Assembly: GCF_009914755.1 (NCBI RefSeq)
Contig: NC_060947.1
DNA: 64,000 nt
Reading direction: 5' to 3' (one strand)
Source: the human T2T-CHM13v2.0 reference genome, Homo sapiens
The first letter of the stretch is position 1. Each line of letters starts with the position of its first letter. The notes beneath the pieces were generated by a model, which had not been told where the DNA came from, searched no databases, and saw only the letters and a program-made list of their open reading frames with translations. Below are positions 28,871-42,197 of the stretch, one piece after another. The translations under genes were made by a program, and so were the position numbers.

Positions 28871-31641
28871 TTGTTGTTTATATTGTTATTGGCATAACAA
28901 TAGCTTTCTTATATCTCATGTGAAGGTTAGTTATATAATATATAAAGTTCCTGACACATAATTGGCATTTTACAAGCAGAATTGCGAAGGTCTACAGAAC
29001 GATTAGTTATCACAATGATTATTATTAACCACAATCATAATAAAACACTCATGATATCCACACAGGGAACCACAAACTCCCTTCACTCTAGCCGATAAAT
29101 ACCTCAGCCTCTTGTTCTTACTCATGGTCTCAAAACAAACATGGGCTAGAACAAGCACCAGCATTTGACCACATGTTATCAGAAAGCAAGGGAGAAGGAA
29201 AGGGAAATAATGACTATTTCAAGAAACAGATACAGCTATGTGCTCATTGTCAGCCAAATCACATCACCCAATATAAATAACTTACCGCTTTATTAACTAC
29301 TTTCTATATTTACAGCACTGTGCTAAGTTCTGTAGAATGAATAAGCTGTGATCCCTACCCTCTAGAAAATAAAAACAAAAAGCTATGGGGCAGTCACTTA
29401 GCTAGACGCTTATATATGAAAATAATGCAAGGCAAATTGTGGTTAGTGCTAAATAGAGGTACAGATAAAGTTGTCTCGGGGCATAGAAGAATGAGATAAG
29501 AGTAGTTTGTTTTCATAATACTTCCGGGAAAAAGAGAAATACAAATCTAGTTTCAAGGAATTAGGATAAACTAACAAATAGTAATTTAGCTAAGGATAAT
29601 AATTTCACACAAGCTAAGTAAAAAGAGAAGTTACTTAAAAATATAAAGGCATCAACATTTTTCAGTCGATTTAGTTTACAGAAATGACAATAAAGATCAA
29701 GAGGGTATATGAAAGCAGTTCAGATTTGGAAAGGGGACATGATTTATCAAATACCACACAAAGGTTGACTAGAGTAATTTTGGATACAAATCAGAGGGAT
29801 GGTACATTGAGAAAATGTTACTGGTTTTCTGACAACAAGGCAAAGAATGTAGTGGAACCCAATTATAACACTGAAATTGGGGAACAAAAGTAACATCTGT
29901 GTAATAAGCAATCAGTGAGAGAAAGATTATCAGTTCATATGAAAGAGTAATTACTCAAAACCATCTAGGGATGAGGAAGCTGCCTCTTTTTTTGACACAG
30001 GGAGAGATTTTACACTTCATGGTTTCAATCTTTGAGAATGAAAATGGGAATGAGAAATAGCTCTGGCAGTTTTCCAAATATCATTCAGGTAATTGACATT
30101 AAGTGAAATCTTTATAGGGAATGTTATTTAGGGAATGTCTATAGTTATTTAACAGTTGAAGAAAGGGATCTGTGCTATTGAAACCCTTTCTATTTACATT
30201 AAGCAGTAAAGCCACCTTGCAAGTATGCTCCCTGCCAAAGATAGAAGAGACATACTTGCAAAATTATGAAAGATTGAGTGCACTGGCACCTGGCAATACA
30301 TAGATGAGTCTGAAAAGAGAATGAATATTCCCTCAATGGGAAATTTAGTCTGAAACAAAATAATGACAGTCAGCCAACTGAAGGATTTAGACCTACTTAA
30401 AGGATATGTTCACCACTTGGAACTGGAATGTAAGGGCCAAGGTTCCTGCAATTATCCAGTGAAGGGGGAAATGAAATCAAAGTTACTGAACTACATTAGT
30501 GACATAAAGTATAAGGTGAATGCAGTAAAGCTTTATTTCCATAACCTCTGCAATGCACCAATAACCTACTTTCTGAAATATACTTTATATCGTTCTCCTA
30601 TTAATGTTGTATTTTTAGTTGATTGGGTAGGCATGATATTCAAGAATAAGTTGTGTAAGACTTAAGGCTTTGAGATAATAAAAATGGTTCTACTTTAGAG
30701 GAATATTGTGATGTATGAATGAGTACAAATGTGTAAGTGTTTAGAACAATTCCTGACACAGTAAGGGCTTGAGAATAGTATCATGTGTTCATGGGAGCCA
30801 GGGCTACTTTATCCCTGCTACAACCCACCCAGACAAGCTCCCCATTCAGGACCCCCAGCTATATTCTACATCTTTTCACAGGATACAGTAGCTTGTAATA
30901 AATAACTTTCACAACACAGGGGAGCTCAAGGAGACTTCGGTAAGGTGGCAACCTCTGAGGCCTTCTCCTTCCAGAATCTTCCAGAATCCCAAACAACAAG
31001 TAAGACAGAATCCTCCCTGCCTCCAGGAATTTGCCTCAATCAACCTAACTGCCTCTCTTTTTTCTAAAACTTCAGTCCAGAGAGCAAAGATAGGGATGCA
31101 TCTGCCTTCCTGCTTCTTGTACCTCCCCTTTCTACTCCCCCTATTCCACTCGGGCTAATAGGAACAAATATTTCCCTTTTCCTTGCTATCTGACCATGAC
31201 TTCCCTGATGTAAAGCTCTAGTCAAAGTGTCTTTGCCTCCTGGTATGGTAATTGGAAATAAAAGAAATTTAGGAAATCCTTTTCTGTCTCCCTGCCCATC
31301 TCTCTGTCCCTCCCTTCTCTCTCTGACTTTGTCTTTATCTCTTCCTCTCTCCCCAATACCTGTATTTCATAACTACCATATCACAAAAGGGAACACAGGC
31401 TTTGACAGAAGGAGGGAAATTGCTTCTTCTCAGTAGAATATAAGGATAGACGCACATTTAGGTATGGAGTCAAAATGAGGAAAACATGTCAGGGAGTTAC
31501 CTTATAAAGGTATCTAAGAAGGCAAAATCTGTTGAGAGTAAAGGGAGATGCAGGAGGGTAGTAGGGTTAAGGAGCATGTCCCTATGAATAGCTGACATTA
31601 GGAGGAAGTATAGCAACTGACAAGACACTTGTAATGGGTGA

Positions 31642-34600
31642 TTTTTTTAATTTTCTATTTTTAATTATTGTGGATACATAATAGTTGTACATATTCATGG
31701 GTACATGTGAGGTTTTGATATAGGCATGCAATATATAATGATCAAATCAGGGTAATTGGGATATCTATCACCTGCAACATTTATCATGTTTTTGTGTTAG
31801 GAACATTTCCATTCTAACATTCACATTCTACTCTTTTAGTTATTTTAAAATATAAAATAAAGTATCATTGACTATAGTCACCCTATTGTGCTGCCAAACA
31901 CTAGATCTTATTCCTTCTATCTAACTATACTTTTGTTTTCATTAACATGTTTATAATCCCCCTTCCCAATACACCTCCCAGCCTCTGGTAACCATCATTC
32001 TACCCTCTATCCCCATGAATTCAATTTTTTTTTTAGCACCCACATATGAGTGAGAACATGCAATAGTTGTCCTTCCGTACCTGGATTATTTCACTTAATA
32101 TAATATCCTCCAGTTCCAGCCATGTTGTTGCAAATGACATAATTCCACTCCTTGTTTTTGGGTGAGTTATCATTTAATTGTGTATATGTACCGCTTTTTT
32201 TTTTTTTTAGTCTATTCCTCCACTGATGCATACTTGGGTTGATTCCATATCTTGGCTATTGTGACTAGTGCTATAATAAACATGTGCATGCAAATATCTC
32301 TTTAATATACTGATTTCCTTATGTTTTGGTATATACCTAGCAGTGGGATTGCTGGATCATGTGGTAGTTCTCTTTTTAGTTTTCAGTAACCTCCATACTC
32401 TTTTCCACAGTGGCTATACTAATTTACATTCCCACCAACAGCATATTTTTCCCAAAGGGACCAATGACATACAATGGGGAAAGGACAGTGTCTTCAGTAC
32501 ATGGTGCTGGGAAAACTAGATATCCATATGCAGAAAAATGAAGCCCACCAAGGGCTCCCCTTTCAACATATTGTCATCAGTATCCATTATTGCTTGTCTT
32601 TTTAATAAAAGGAATCTTAACTGGGGTGTGATGATAACTCATTATAGTTTTGATTTGTATTTCTGTGATAATTAATGATGTTAAGAATTTTTTCATATAT
32701 GTCATCTTTCAAAGAATATCTATTCAAATATTTTGCCCATTTTTAAATGGGATTATTTGGGTTTCTTTTCCTATTGAGTTGTTTGAGCTCCTTGTATATT
32801 CTGGTCATAAAGCCCTTGTCAAATGGGTAGTTTATTAATATTTTCTGCAATTCTGTGCGTTGTCCGTTCACTTGGTTGACTGTTTCCTTTCTTATGCGGA
32901 AGCTTTTTAGCTTGATATAATCCTGTTTGTCCATTTCTACTTTGTTTACCTGTGCTTTTGAGGTCTTACTCAAGAAATCTTGGCCTAGCCCAATGTCCTG
33001 GAGTGCTTCCCCAATGTTTTGTTCTAGTAGTTTCATAGCTCCAGGTCTTAGATGTAAGTGTTTAATCAATTTTGATTTGACTTTTTTATGTATCAAGAGA
33101 TTGGGATCTAATTTCATTTTTCTGCATATGGATATCTAATTTTCCCAACACCATGTATTGAAGACACTGTCCTTTCCCCATTGTATGTCATTGGTCCTTT
33201 TATGAAAAACAAATTGACTATAAATGCATAGATTTGTTTCTGGGTTCTATATTCTGTTCCATCGGTCTATGTGTCTGTTTTTATGCCAGTACCATTATGT
33301 TTTGGTTACTATAGCTTTGTAGTATAATTTGAAGTCAGGTAATGTGATACTTCCAGTTTTGTTCTTTTAGCTGAGGATTGTTTCGGTCATTCTGAATCTT
33401 TCATAGTTCCGTATAAATTTTGCTTTGGGTAGTATGGACATTTTAACAATAATGATTTTTCCAATCCATGAACATGGAATATCTCCTTTTTTGTGTATAG
33501 TGTTCAATTTCTTTCATCAATGTTTCATAGTTTTAGTTGTAGAGCTCTTTCACATCTTTGGTTAAGTTTATTCTTAGGTATTTTAATTTTTTGTGGCTAT
33601 TGCAAATGAGATTACTTTTTTGGTTTCTTTTTCAGATTGTTCACTGTTTGCATATAGATATGCTACTGATTTTTGTATGTTGATTTTTATACTGCAATTT
33701 ATTGAAATTTTTATCAGTTCTTACAGTTTTTTTGGTGGAGTCAATAGGTTTTTCTAAATAGGAGATTATATCATCTGCAAATAAGGACAGTTTGACTTTT
33801 TCCTTTCCAATTTAGATGCCCTTTATATTTTTTATCTTGTTTTACTGCTCTGGCTGTAACTTCTAGTACTATGTTGAATAAGAGTGGTGAAAGTGATCAT
33901 TCATGTCTTGTTCCAGATCTTAGAGGAAAGGCTTTCAGTTTATCCCTATTCAGTATGATACTAGCTGTGAGTTTGTCATATATGGCTTTTATTGTGTTGA
34001 GGTATATTCCTTCTATACACAGTTTACAGAGAGATTTTTTTTATCATGAAGGGATGTTGAATTTTTAGAATACTTTTTCACCATCTTTTCAAGTGATCAT
34101 ATAGTTTTGTCCTTCATTTTGTTAATGGTATGTATCACATTTATACATTTGCATATGTTGAAACATCCTTACATCTCTGAGATGAATCTCACTTGATCAT
34201 GATGAATGATCTTTTTAATGTGCTGTTGAATTTGGTTTGCTAGCATTTTGCTGACGAATTTTGCATTTATATTTATCAGAGATATTGGCCTATAGATTTC
34301 TCCTTTTTTAGATCTGATTTTTGTCTGATTTTGGTATCAGGGTAATATTTGCCTTGTGAAACAAGTTTGGAAGTATTCTCTTCTCCTTCTTGCTCCTTCT
34401 AAATTCCTATGTGCAAACTAAAAATTGTGTTAAAAATCTTCCTTTTCCTCAAAGAAAACTGCCATCATCAAGAGTTCTGGCACAAAGCTTGTTGTTATCT
34501 TTAAGGGCCAGATATTAGTTTATTTTGAGGGTTCCCTAGGAGGGCCGCTGATGTGAGAGAATTTCTTTCCTTACTTCTACCAATTTTAGGTTTTGTTTGC

Positions 34601-37600
34601 TCTTGCTTTTCTAGTGTTTTCAGAGGCATTGTTGTTTATTTGAAGTTGTTCTACTTTTTTGATGTAGGTATTTATTGCTGTGAGCTCTCTTAATACTGCT
34701 TTTGCTGTGTCTCATATGTTTGGTATATTGTGTTTCTATTTTCATTTATTTCAAGAAATTTTAAAATTTTCTTTTCAGTTTTTTCATTGATCAGTGATTG
34801 TTCAGGAGCATATTATTTAATTTTCATGTGTTTGTATAGTTTCCAAAGTTCTTCTTCTTATTGATTTCTAGTTTTATTTCATTACAGTCAGAAAAGACGC
34901 TTTATATGATTTCAATTTCTTGAATTTTTGAGACTTGCTTTGTAACATAACATATGGTCTTATCCCTGAAAATGAACCATGTGTGAAGAGAAGAATGTGT
35001 ATTCAGCAGCTGTTAAATAAAATGTTCTGTAAATGTCTATTGGGTCCATTTGCTCTATAGTGAAGGTTAAGTTTGATGTTTCTTTGATTTTCTGTGTAGA
35101 TGATCTGTTCAATGCCAAAAACAGGGGTGTCAAAGTCCCCAGCTATTATTGTATTGGGGTCTATCTCTCTTTTTAGCTCTAATAATATTTGCTTTATATA
35201 TCTGGATGTTCTAGTGTTTGATGCATACATATTTACAATTGTTATATCCTCTTGCTGAATTTACTCCATGATCTTCTTTATCTTTTTATACAGATTTTTT
35301 TCTCAAAATTTATTTTATCTAAATATAGCTACTCCTGCTTTTTGTTAGTTCCCATTTTCATGGAATATCTTTTCCCAATCCTTCATTTTCAGTCTGTGTT
35401 TATTTTTATACATGAAGTGGTTTTCTTGTAGGTAGCATATAATGAGGTCTTGGGTTTTTTAAATCCATTCAGCCACTCTGTCTTTTGATTGGAGCATTTA
35501 GTTCATTTACATTCAATGTTATTATTGATAGGTAAGGACATACTCCTGCCATTTTGTTATCTGTTTTCTGGTTGTTTTGTGAGTCCTCTCGTCCTTTCTC
35601 ACTTCCTTCCTATCTTTTTTTTTTTTTTTTTAACATGACAGTGATCTCTGGTAGTGTGTTTTAATTTACTGGGACTTTTTTTTTCTTTCTTTCTTTTTTT
35701 TTTTTTTTTTTTTGAGACAGTCTTACTCTGTTGCCCAAGCTGGAGTGCAGTGGCGCAACTTCAGCTCACTGCAACCTCTGCCTTCCAGGTTCAAGCTACA
35801 TGCCTCAGCCTCTGGAGTAGCTGGGACTACAGGCACACACCACCAGACCTGGCTAATTTTTGTATTTTTAGTACAGAGAGGGTTTCACCATGTTGGCCAG
35901 GCTGGTCTGGAACTCCTGGTCGCAAGCAGTCCACCTGCCTCAGCCTCCCAAAGTGCTGGGATTACAGGCTTGAGCCACTGCACTCAGCCAATCCATTGCT
36001 TTTTATTTTTTGTATATCTATTATAGGTTTTCATTTTTTGTTTATCATGAGACCTGCAAAGAACATTTTATAGCCAGTTATTTTAAATGGATGAAAACTT
36101 AACTCTGATAAAAAGAAAAGCAAGTAAAAAGAAAACTAAAAAACTACATTTTAACACAATCCCTCGACTTTTTGACTTTTTGTTGTTTCTATTTATATCT
36201 TTTTATATTGTCAATCTCTTCAAAAATTACTATAATTATTATTGTTGATAAGTTTGTCTTTTAGTCTTCTTACTAAAGATATGAGTAGTTTACACACTGC
36301 AATTACAGTGTTAAGAGTATTCTATATTTGTGTGTGTACTTACTTTTACTAGTGATTTTTATACCTGCAGATGATTTCTTTTTGGTCCTTAATTTTCTTT
36401 CCTTTCAAATTAAGAACTCCCTTTAGCATTTCTTGTTAAGACATGTCTGTTGTTTACAAATTCCTTCAGCTTATGTTTCTCTGGGTAAGTCTTTATTTCT
36501 CCTTCATTTGTGAAGGGTAATTTTCCTGGATATAATATTCTAGGTTGAAAGTTGCTTTCCTTCAGCACTTTGAATATGTCCTCCCACTCCCTCCTGTCCT
36601 GTAAGATTTCTTCTGAGAAGTCTGCTTCCATACGTATTGAAGCTCCTTCATATGTAGTTTGCTTTTCTCTTGCTGCTTTTAGGATTCCTTCTGTATCCTT
36701 AACTTCTGACAGTTTGATTATTATATGTCTTGTGCTAGTCTTATTTGCGTTGAATCTGCTTGGCATTCTTTGACTTTTTTATACCTGGATATTCTTATCT
36801 TTCTTTAGGTTTGGAAAGTTCTCTGTTATTTCTTGGAATAAACTTTCTACTTCATTCTCTCTCTATATATATGTCATGTTTAAGGCCAATAATTCTTAGA
36901 TTTCCCCTTTAGAGGCAATTTTCTAGATCTTGTAGGCATGCTTCATTTTTTAAAATTACCTTTTCTTCTCTGATTGTGTATTTTCATATAATCTGTCTTC
37001 AAGCTCACTAGTTCTTTCTTCTGCTTGATCAGTTCTGGTGTTGGCAGACTGATGCATTTTTCAGTTTGTCCACTGAATTTCTTAGCTCCAGAATTTCTGC
37101 TTAATTTTTAAAAATTATTTCAATCTCTTTGTTAAATTTCTCTGATAGAATTCTGAATTTCTTCTCTGCGATATCCTGAGGTTCATTCAGGTTCTTCAAG
37201 ATGGCTATTTTGAATTCCCTGTCTGAGAGATCACATATCTCTGTTACTCCAGGATTGGATACTGGTGCCTTATTTAACTCTATTTGGTGTAGTCATGATT
37301 TGCTGGATGTTCATGATGTTTTTGAACATTTGTCAATATCTGGGTTTTGAGGAGTTTGGTATTTATTCTAATCTTTGTAGTCTGGGCTTGTTTGTACCCA
37401 TTCTTGAGAGAGCATTCCAAGAATTCTTAGGGGATTTAGTGCAGTGACCTAAGCCTGTGGACACTGCATCTGTTTCAGCACTAGGGGGAACCCTAAGCCC
37501 ATGAACGCTGAAACTCTTGCACGCTCCTGATAAACAGCCTTAGTGGACTTGGGGAAGATAAAGCATTCCCTGGCTTACCAGGCAACATCTTGTACTCTCT

Positions 37601-38665
37601 TCCCTCTCTTTCTTCCAATCAGAATGATCCCCTCTCTGCACTGGGATGCCTGCACTTGAGGGAGGGCTGATGTGGGCACTCATGGCCCCTACCGGGGGCA
37701 CCACTTCATGTCATCTTCCAGACCTGCAAATTATTGGGGTTTTTCCAAGGCTCATGGTCACTATTGCCTGGCTGCTGGTGATATTTAATCAAAGCCCAAA
37801 GCCACTTTAGTCATCAGGTGGTGAATTCTGCCAGGAATGGGAGCACATTACTTTCTGGCCCAGGGTATGTCTAGAAATGCCATTAAGGAGCAAAGGTCTG
37901 AAATCAGGGTCTTAAGAAATCTCCTTGGTACTTTGTTTACTGTGGTTGAGTTGGTTCCCAAGTTGCAAGATAAAGTACTCTTCCCTCTCCTTCTCCCAAG
38001 TGGAAGGAGTCTGTCCCCAAGCTGCACTGCCTGGAGTTGAGAGACGGTTGACACAGGCACTCCCATGTCTGCCGCAACTGGTGTTGCACAGGGTCCCATC
38101 CCAAGTCCACTGCTTCCTAGACCAGCTCAGCACCAGAGCTTGCCCAAGGACTGCTATCCTTGTGTCTTGACTGCTAGTCAAATTTGCTGATAGCCCCAAA
38201 CCACTTTAGTCAGCTGGTAGTGAAGGTGGCCATGGCCGGGACCTGGATTCCTCTCAGTGGAGCAGAAGATTCCCCTCTGGCTTAGGGCTTGTCCAGATGT
38301 TCCCTCCACGGGCACTGGCAGAATTCTCCCTTGTATTGTGTTCTGTTATGACCAGGGCAGCACTGAGTGCTAATGCAATATCCCACACTCACTTTGCTGT
38401 CCCCTCCCCAAGCATACAGATTCTCTATCTTGCACCACCTGGGCTTCGGGGAGGGTGGTGTGAGCAATGCAAGCCTGTCCTTTTTACTCTCTCCAAACCA
38501 TATTTCCTTGCTATTATGTTAAAACCAGGTACTATTATTGCTCACCTGATTTTTTTGGTTCTTATAAAGGTGACTTCTTTCATGGACAGTTGTTCAATTT
38601 GGTGTTCTTGTAGGGGGGACAATTGCTGGGGGTTTCTATCTGGCCATCTTGCTCTGCCTCCTCCT
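31642..38665 (-). mobile_element. Near full-length, degenerate L1MA-type LINE-1
   Basis: 3' end at 31642 (atacataatagttgtacatattc...). Minus-strand remnants: ORF2 C-terminal (32743..33117), endonuclease (35003..35230, TIIAGDFDTP), ORF1 (36410..36766, RHIIIKL...FQPRILYPGKL). 5'UTR extends to ~38665. Confidence 0.93.
35676..35989 (-). mobile_element. Alu (S/J) inserted in the L1MA
   Basis: Alu dimer with poly-T. Confidence 0.9.
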
Positions 38666-39228
38666 TTTATCTACAAGGATTTAAAAAATATATATGTGTG
38701 TGTGTGTGTCTGTGTGTGTAACTGATTAGTTTTAATGTTCTTTTTTATTGTGTTTATATATATATATAAACGTACATATATATAAAATTTACTACTTTAG
38801 CCATTTTTAAGTGTACAATTCAGTAGTATTAAGTATATTCATATTATTGTGCCACCATCACCACTATGCATCTTCACAACCTTTATGTTCCCAAACTAAA
38901 ACTTTCTATTCATTAAACAATAAGTCCCCATTCCCTCCTTCCTCCAGCCCCCGTAACCACTACTCCACTTTCTGTCTTTACGAATTTGTCTTCACTAGGT
39001 GCTTCATAGAAGAGGGATCATAAATTATTTCTCCTTTTGTTACTAGCTTATTTCACTCAACATAATGCCTTCAAGGTTCATCTATGTTGCAGCATGTGCC
39101 AGAATATTATTCCATTTTAAAGCTGAGGAACAGTCTAGTACGTACATACCACATTTTTTGTTTATCTATTCATCTGTTAATGAACATTTGAATTATTTTC
39201 ATCTTTTGGCTGTTGTGAATAATGTTAC

Positions 39229-39839
39229 TATGAATGTGTGTGTATATATGCATACATATATGTATATATGAATGTCACTGTGTATATATGTGTATGCATA
39301 TATGTATATATGCAAATACACATATTCATACATATACATACACATATATGTATATATGTATACACATATACGCATACATACACATATATTACATGTGTAT
39401 ACACATATACACACACATACACATATATGTATATATGTATACACATATACACACACATACACATATATGTATATATGTATACACATATACACATACATAC
39501 ACATATATGTATACACGTATACACGTATACACATATACATTATATACGTATACACGTATACACATACATACACATATACGTATACACGTATACACATACA
39601 TACACATATACGTATACACGTATATACATACATACACATATATGTATACACGTGTGCACACATGTATATATGTATATACACGTGTACACACGTGTGCACA
39701 TATGTGTATACGTGTATATACACGTATACACATATATGTATACGTGTATATACACGTATACACATATATGTATACGTGTATATACACGTATACACATATA
39801 TGTATACGTGTATACACACACACACACACACACACACAC
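39229..39839. repeat. ~610-bp alternating purine-pyrimidine (TA/CA/TG/CG) compound tandem repeat
   Basis: Direct observation; units such as tatacacgtatacacatatatg. Confidence 0.97.
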
Positions 39840-40035
39840 TGTAGCCTGACCAATCAGATAGTAGTCAGATAGTGGTCCGACTTTATTCTTTTGTATGTAC
39901 CGTAGAGACAGAAAGTGGATTAGTGGTTACCAGGGACTGGAGGAAGGAGGGAATGGGGGCTTACTGTTTAACCAGTACAAAGTTTTATTTTGGGAACATA
40001 AAAGTTGTGAAGATGGATAGTGGTGATGGTTGCAC

Positions 40036-40041
40036 AGATAT

Positions 40042-40086
<45 letters not shown>

Positions 40087-40118
40087 GCTATATCAATACC
40101 TATATCTATAGATATAGA
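40036..40118. repeat. (GATA)n tetranucleotide STR
   Basis: About 10 tandem GATA units at 40044-40085 plus a degenerate flank. Confidence 0.95.
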
Positions 40119-41837
40119 TCTTTTTGAATCCGGGCTTTCAATTATTTGGGGTATAAACCCAGAAGGAGAATTGCTGGATCATACAGTAATTGTATGTTTC
40201 GTTTATGAGGAACCACCATGCTGTTTACCATAGTGGCTACATTATTTTACAATCCTATCCACAGTGCACGAGGGCTCCAATTTCTCCACATCCTTGCCAA
40301 CATTTGCCAATTTCCAATGGGTTTTTTGGGTATTTTTATTCATTTATTTTTATAATAACTATACTAATGGGTATGAAATGGAATCTTATTGTGGTTTGGA
40401 TTTGCATTTCCCTAATGATTAGTGATGTTGCGAATCTTTTCTTGTGTTTATTGGCCATCTGTATAAGATGTACAGATGTTGAATGTTTATTCAAGTCCTT
40501 TACCCACTTTTCGATCTGGTTGTTTTTGTTGTTGAGTTGTACGAGTTTTTTTTTTTTATATGTTGGATGTTAATCCCTTATTAAATATATGATTTGCAAA
40601 CATTTTCTTCCATTTCACAGACTGCTCTTTCACTCTGCTGATAGTGTCGTTTGAAACATGGAAGTTTTACATTTTGATAAAGTCCAACTTCCCAGTTTTT
40701 TCTTTTCTTCTTATGTTTTCTTCTAAGAGTTTTATAGTTTTATCTACTACATTTAGGTGTTTGATCAATTTTGAGGTTTTTTGGATATAGTGTAAGATAC
40801 TAGTCCGACTTTATTCTTTTGTATTTACCTATCCAGTTTTCCCAGCATCATTTGTCAAAAGGACTATACTTTCCCCACTGAATGTCTCAGTAATCTTGTC
40901 AAAAATCATTTGACCCTGTATGTGAGAATTTATTTCTGAGCTCTCTATTCTATTCCACTGGTCTATATGTCTGCCTTTATGACAGTAACACACTGTCTTG
41001 ATTACTACAGCTTTGTTTATGCTGTTTTCCATAGTGGCTACACTATTTTACAATCCTATCCACAGTGCACAAAGGCTCCAATTTCTCCGCATCCTTGCCA
41101 ACACTTGCTAATTTCTGGTAGGGGGTATTTGTATTCATTTGCCCATCTTTAATCATGTTCTGTTGAAGTATTCCACTTCTTAAACCTACCCGTGAGGTCT
41201 ATTTTCCCAGGGAAAGAAAAAGTTGATATGAGTAGTAGGCCGTTGATCCTCTGACTCTCAAAGCTGGTATAATTAGGCAGGGGCCAGAGGTAGGTGGTAA
41301 AACTGCTTCTTTGAAGAGTTCCAAGTAGGAAGTGGAACAGAAGTTTCATGTCCTTTTTATTCCCTTCAGCTTATCTAATAAACCTCTCCCTCCAGGACTT
41401 TTACCCAGAGAAGGGTGATTGGACAAACATCGGACCACCTTTCTCTGTCTCTCTTCCTCTTCTTCCCCCTACAATACATCAAAAATAGATGAAATGTTTT
41501 CACTTATTTTCCTGTCTGACTTGGACCTCCATTATATAAAACACTATCATTAAGTCCACTAACTCTACTTCTTGACAGTATCAATAACATTGACAAATTC
41601 ATATCTTCATCTTGATTTAAAATTTGGGCATGGCTTTATAAATAATGGAATTGTCTGTTTAGGGGTTCACTTGGCTCATACAAATACCACCTCTTTCCCA
41701 TCCTTCCATTTCCACCCTAAGCAGGAAATGTCCAATTTAAAGGCCATTAGACAAAGCATTCCTGAATGATGCAGAGAAGTGACTGTGACTCTACCTTGGA
41801 TGGTGATTGAGAAGGCATGTGAAGAAGAATAATATTA

Positions 41838-42197
<360 letters not shown>

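Larger units (their letters stand above)
38735..41140 (-). mobile_element. L1MB-type 3' fragment, internally rearranged
   Basis: ccatttttaagtgtacaattcagtagtattaagtatattc 3' end; ORF2 remnant 40829..41032 ([14 protein letters not shown]). Confidence 0.85.

Noticed and set aside
30363-30665. 100-aa ATG ORF in unique DNA
   Set aside because: No recognisable domain or splice context; length compatible with chance
32743-36766. L1 ORF1/ORF2-like peptides
   Set aside because: Short frameshifted and stop-interrupted remnants of a dead L1; not a functional CDS
39199-39872. Overlapping 98-212 aa ORFs on both strands (Y/T/H/I/V/C-rich)
   Set aside because: Strictly alternating RY sequence cannot contain TAA, TAG or TGA, so all frames stay open; repeat artefact
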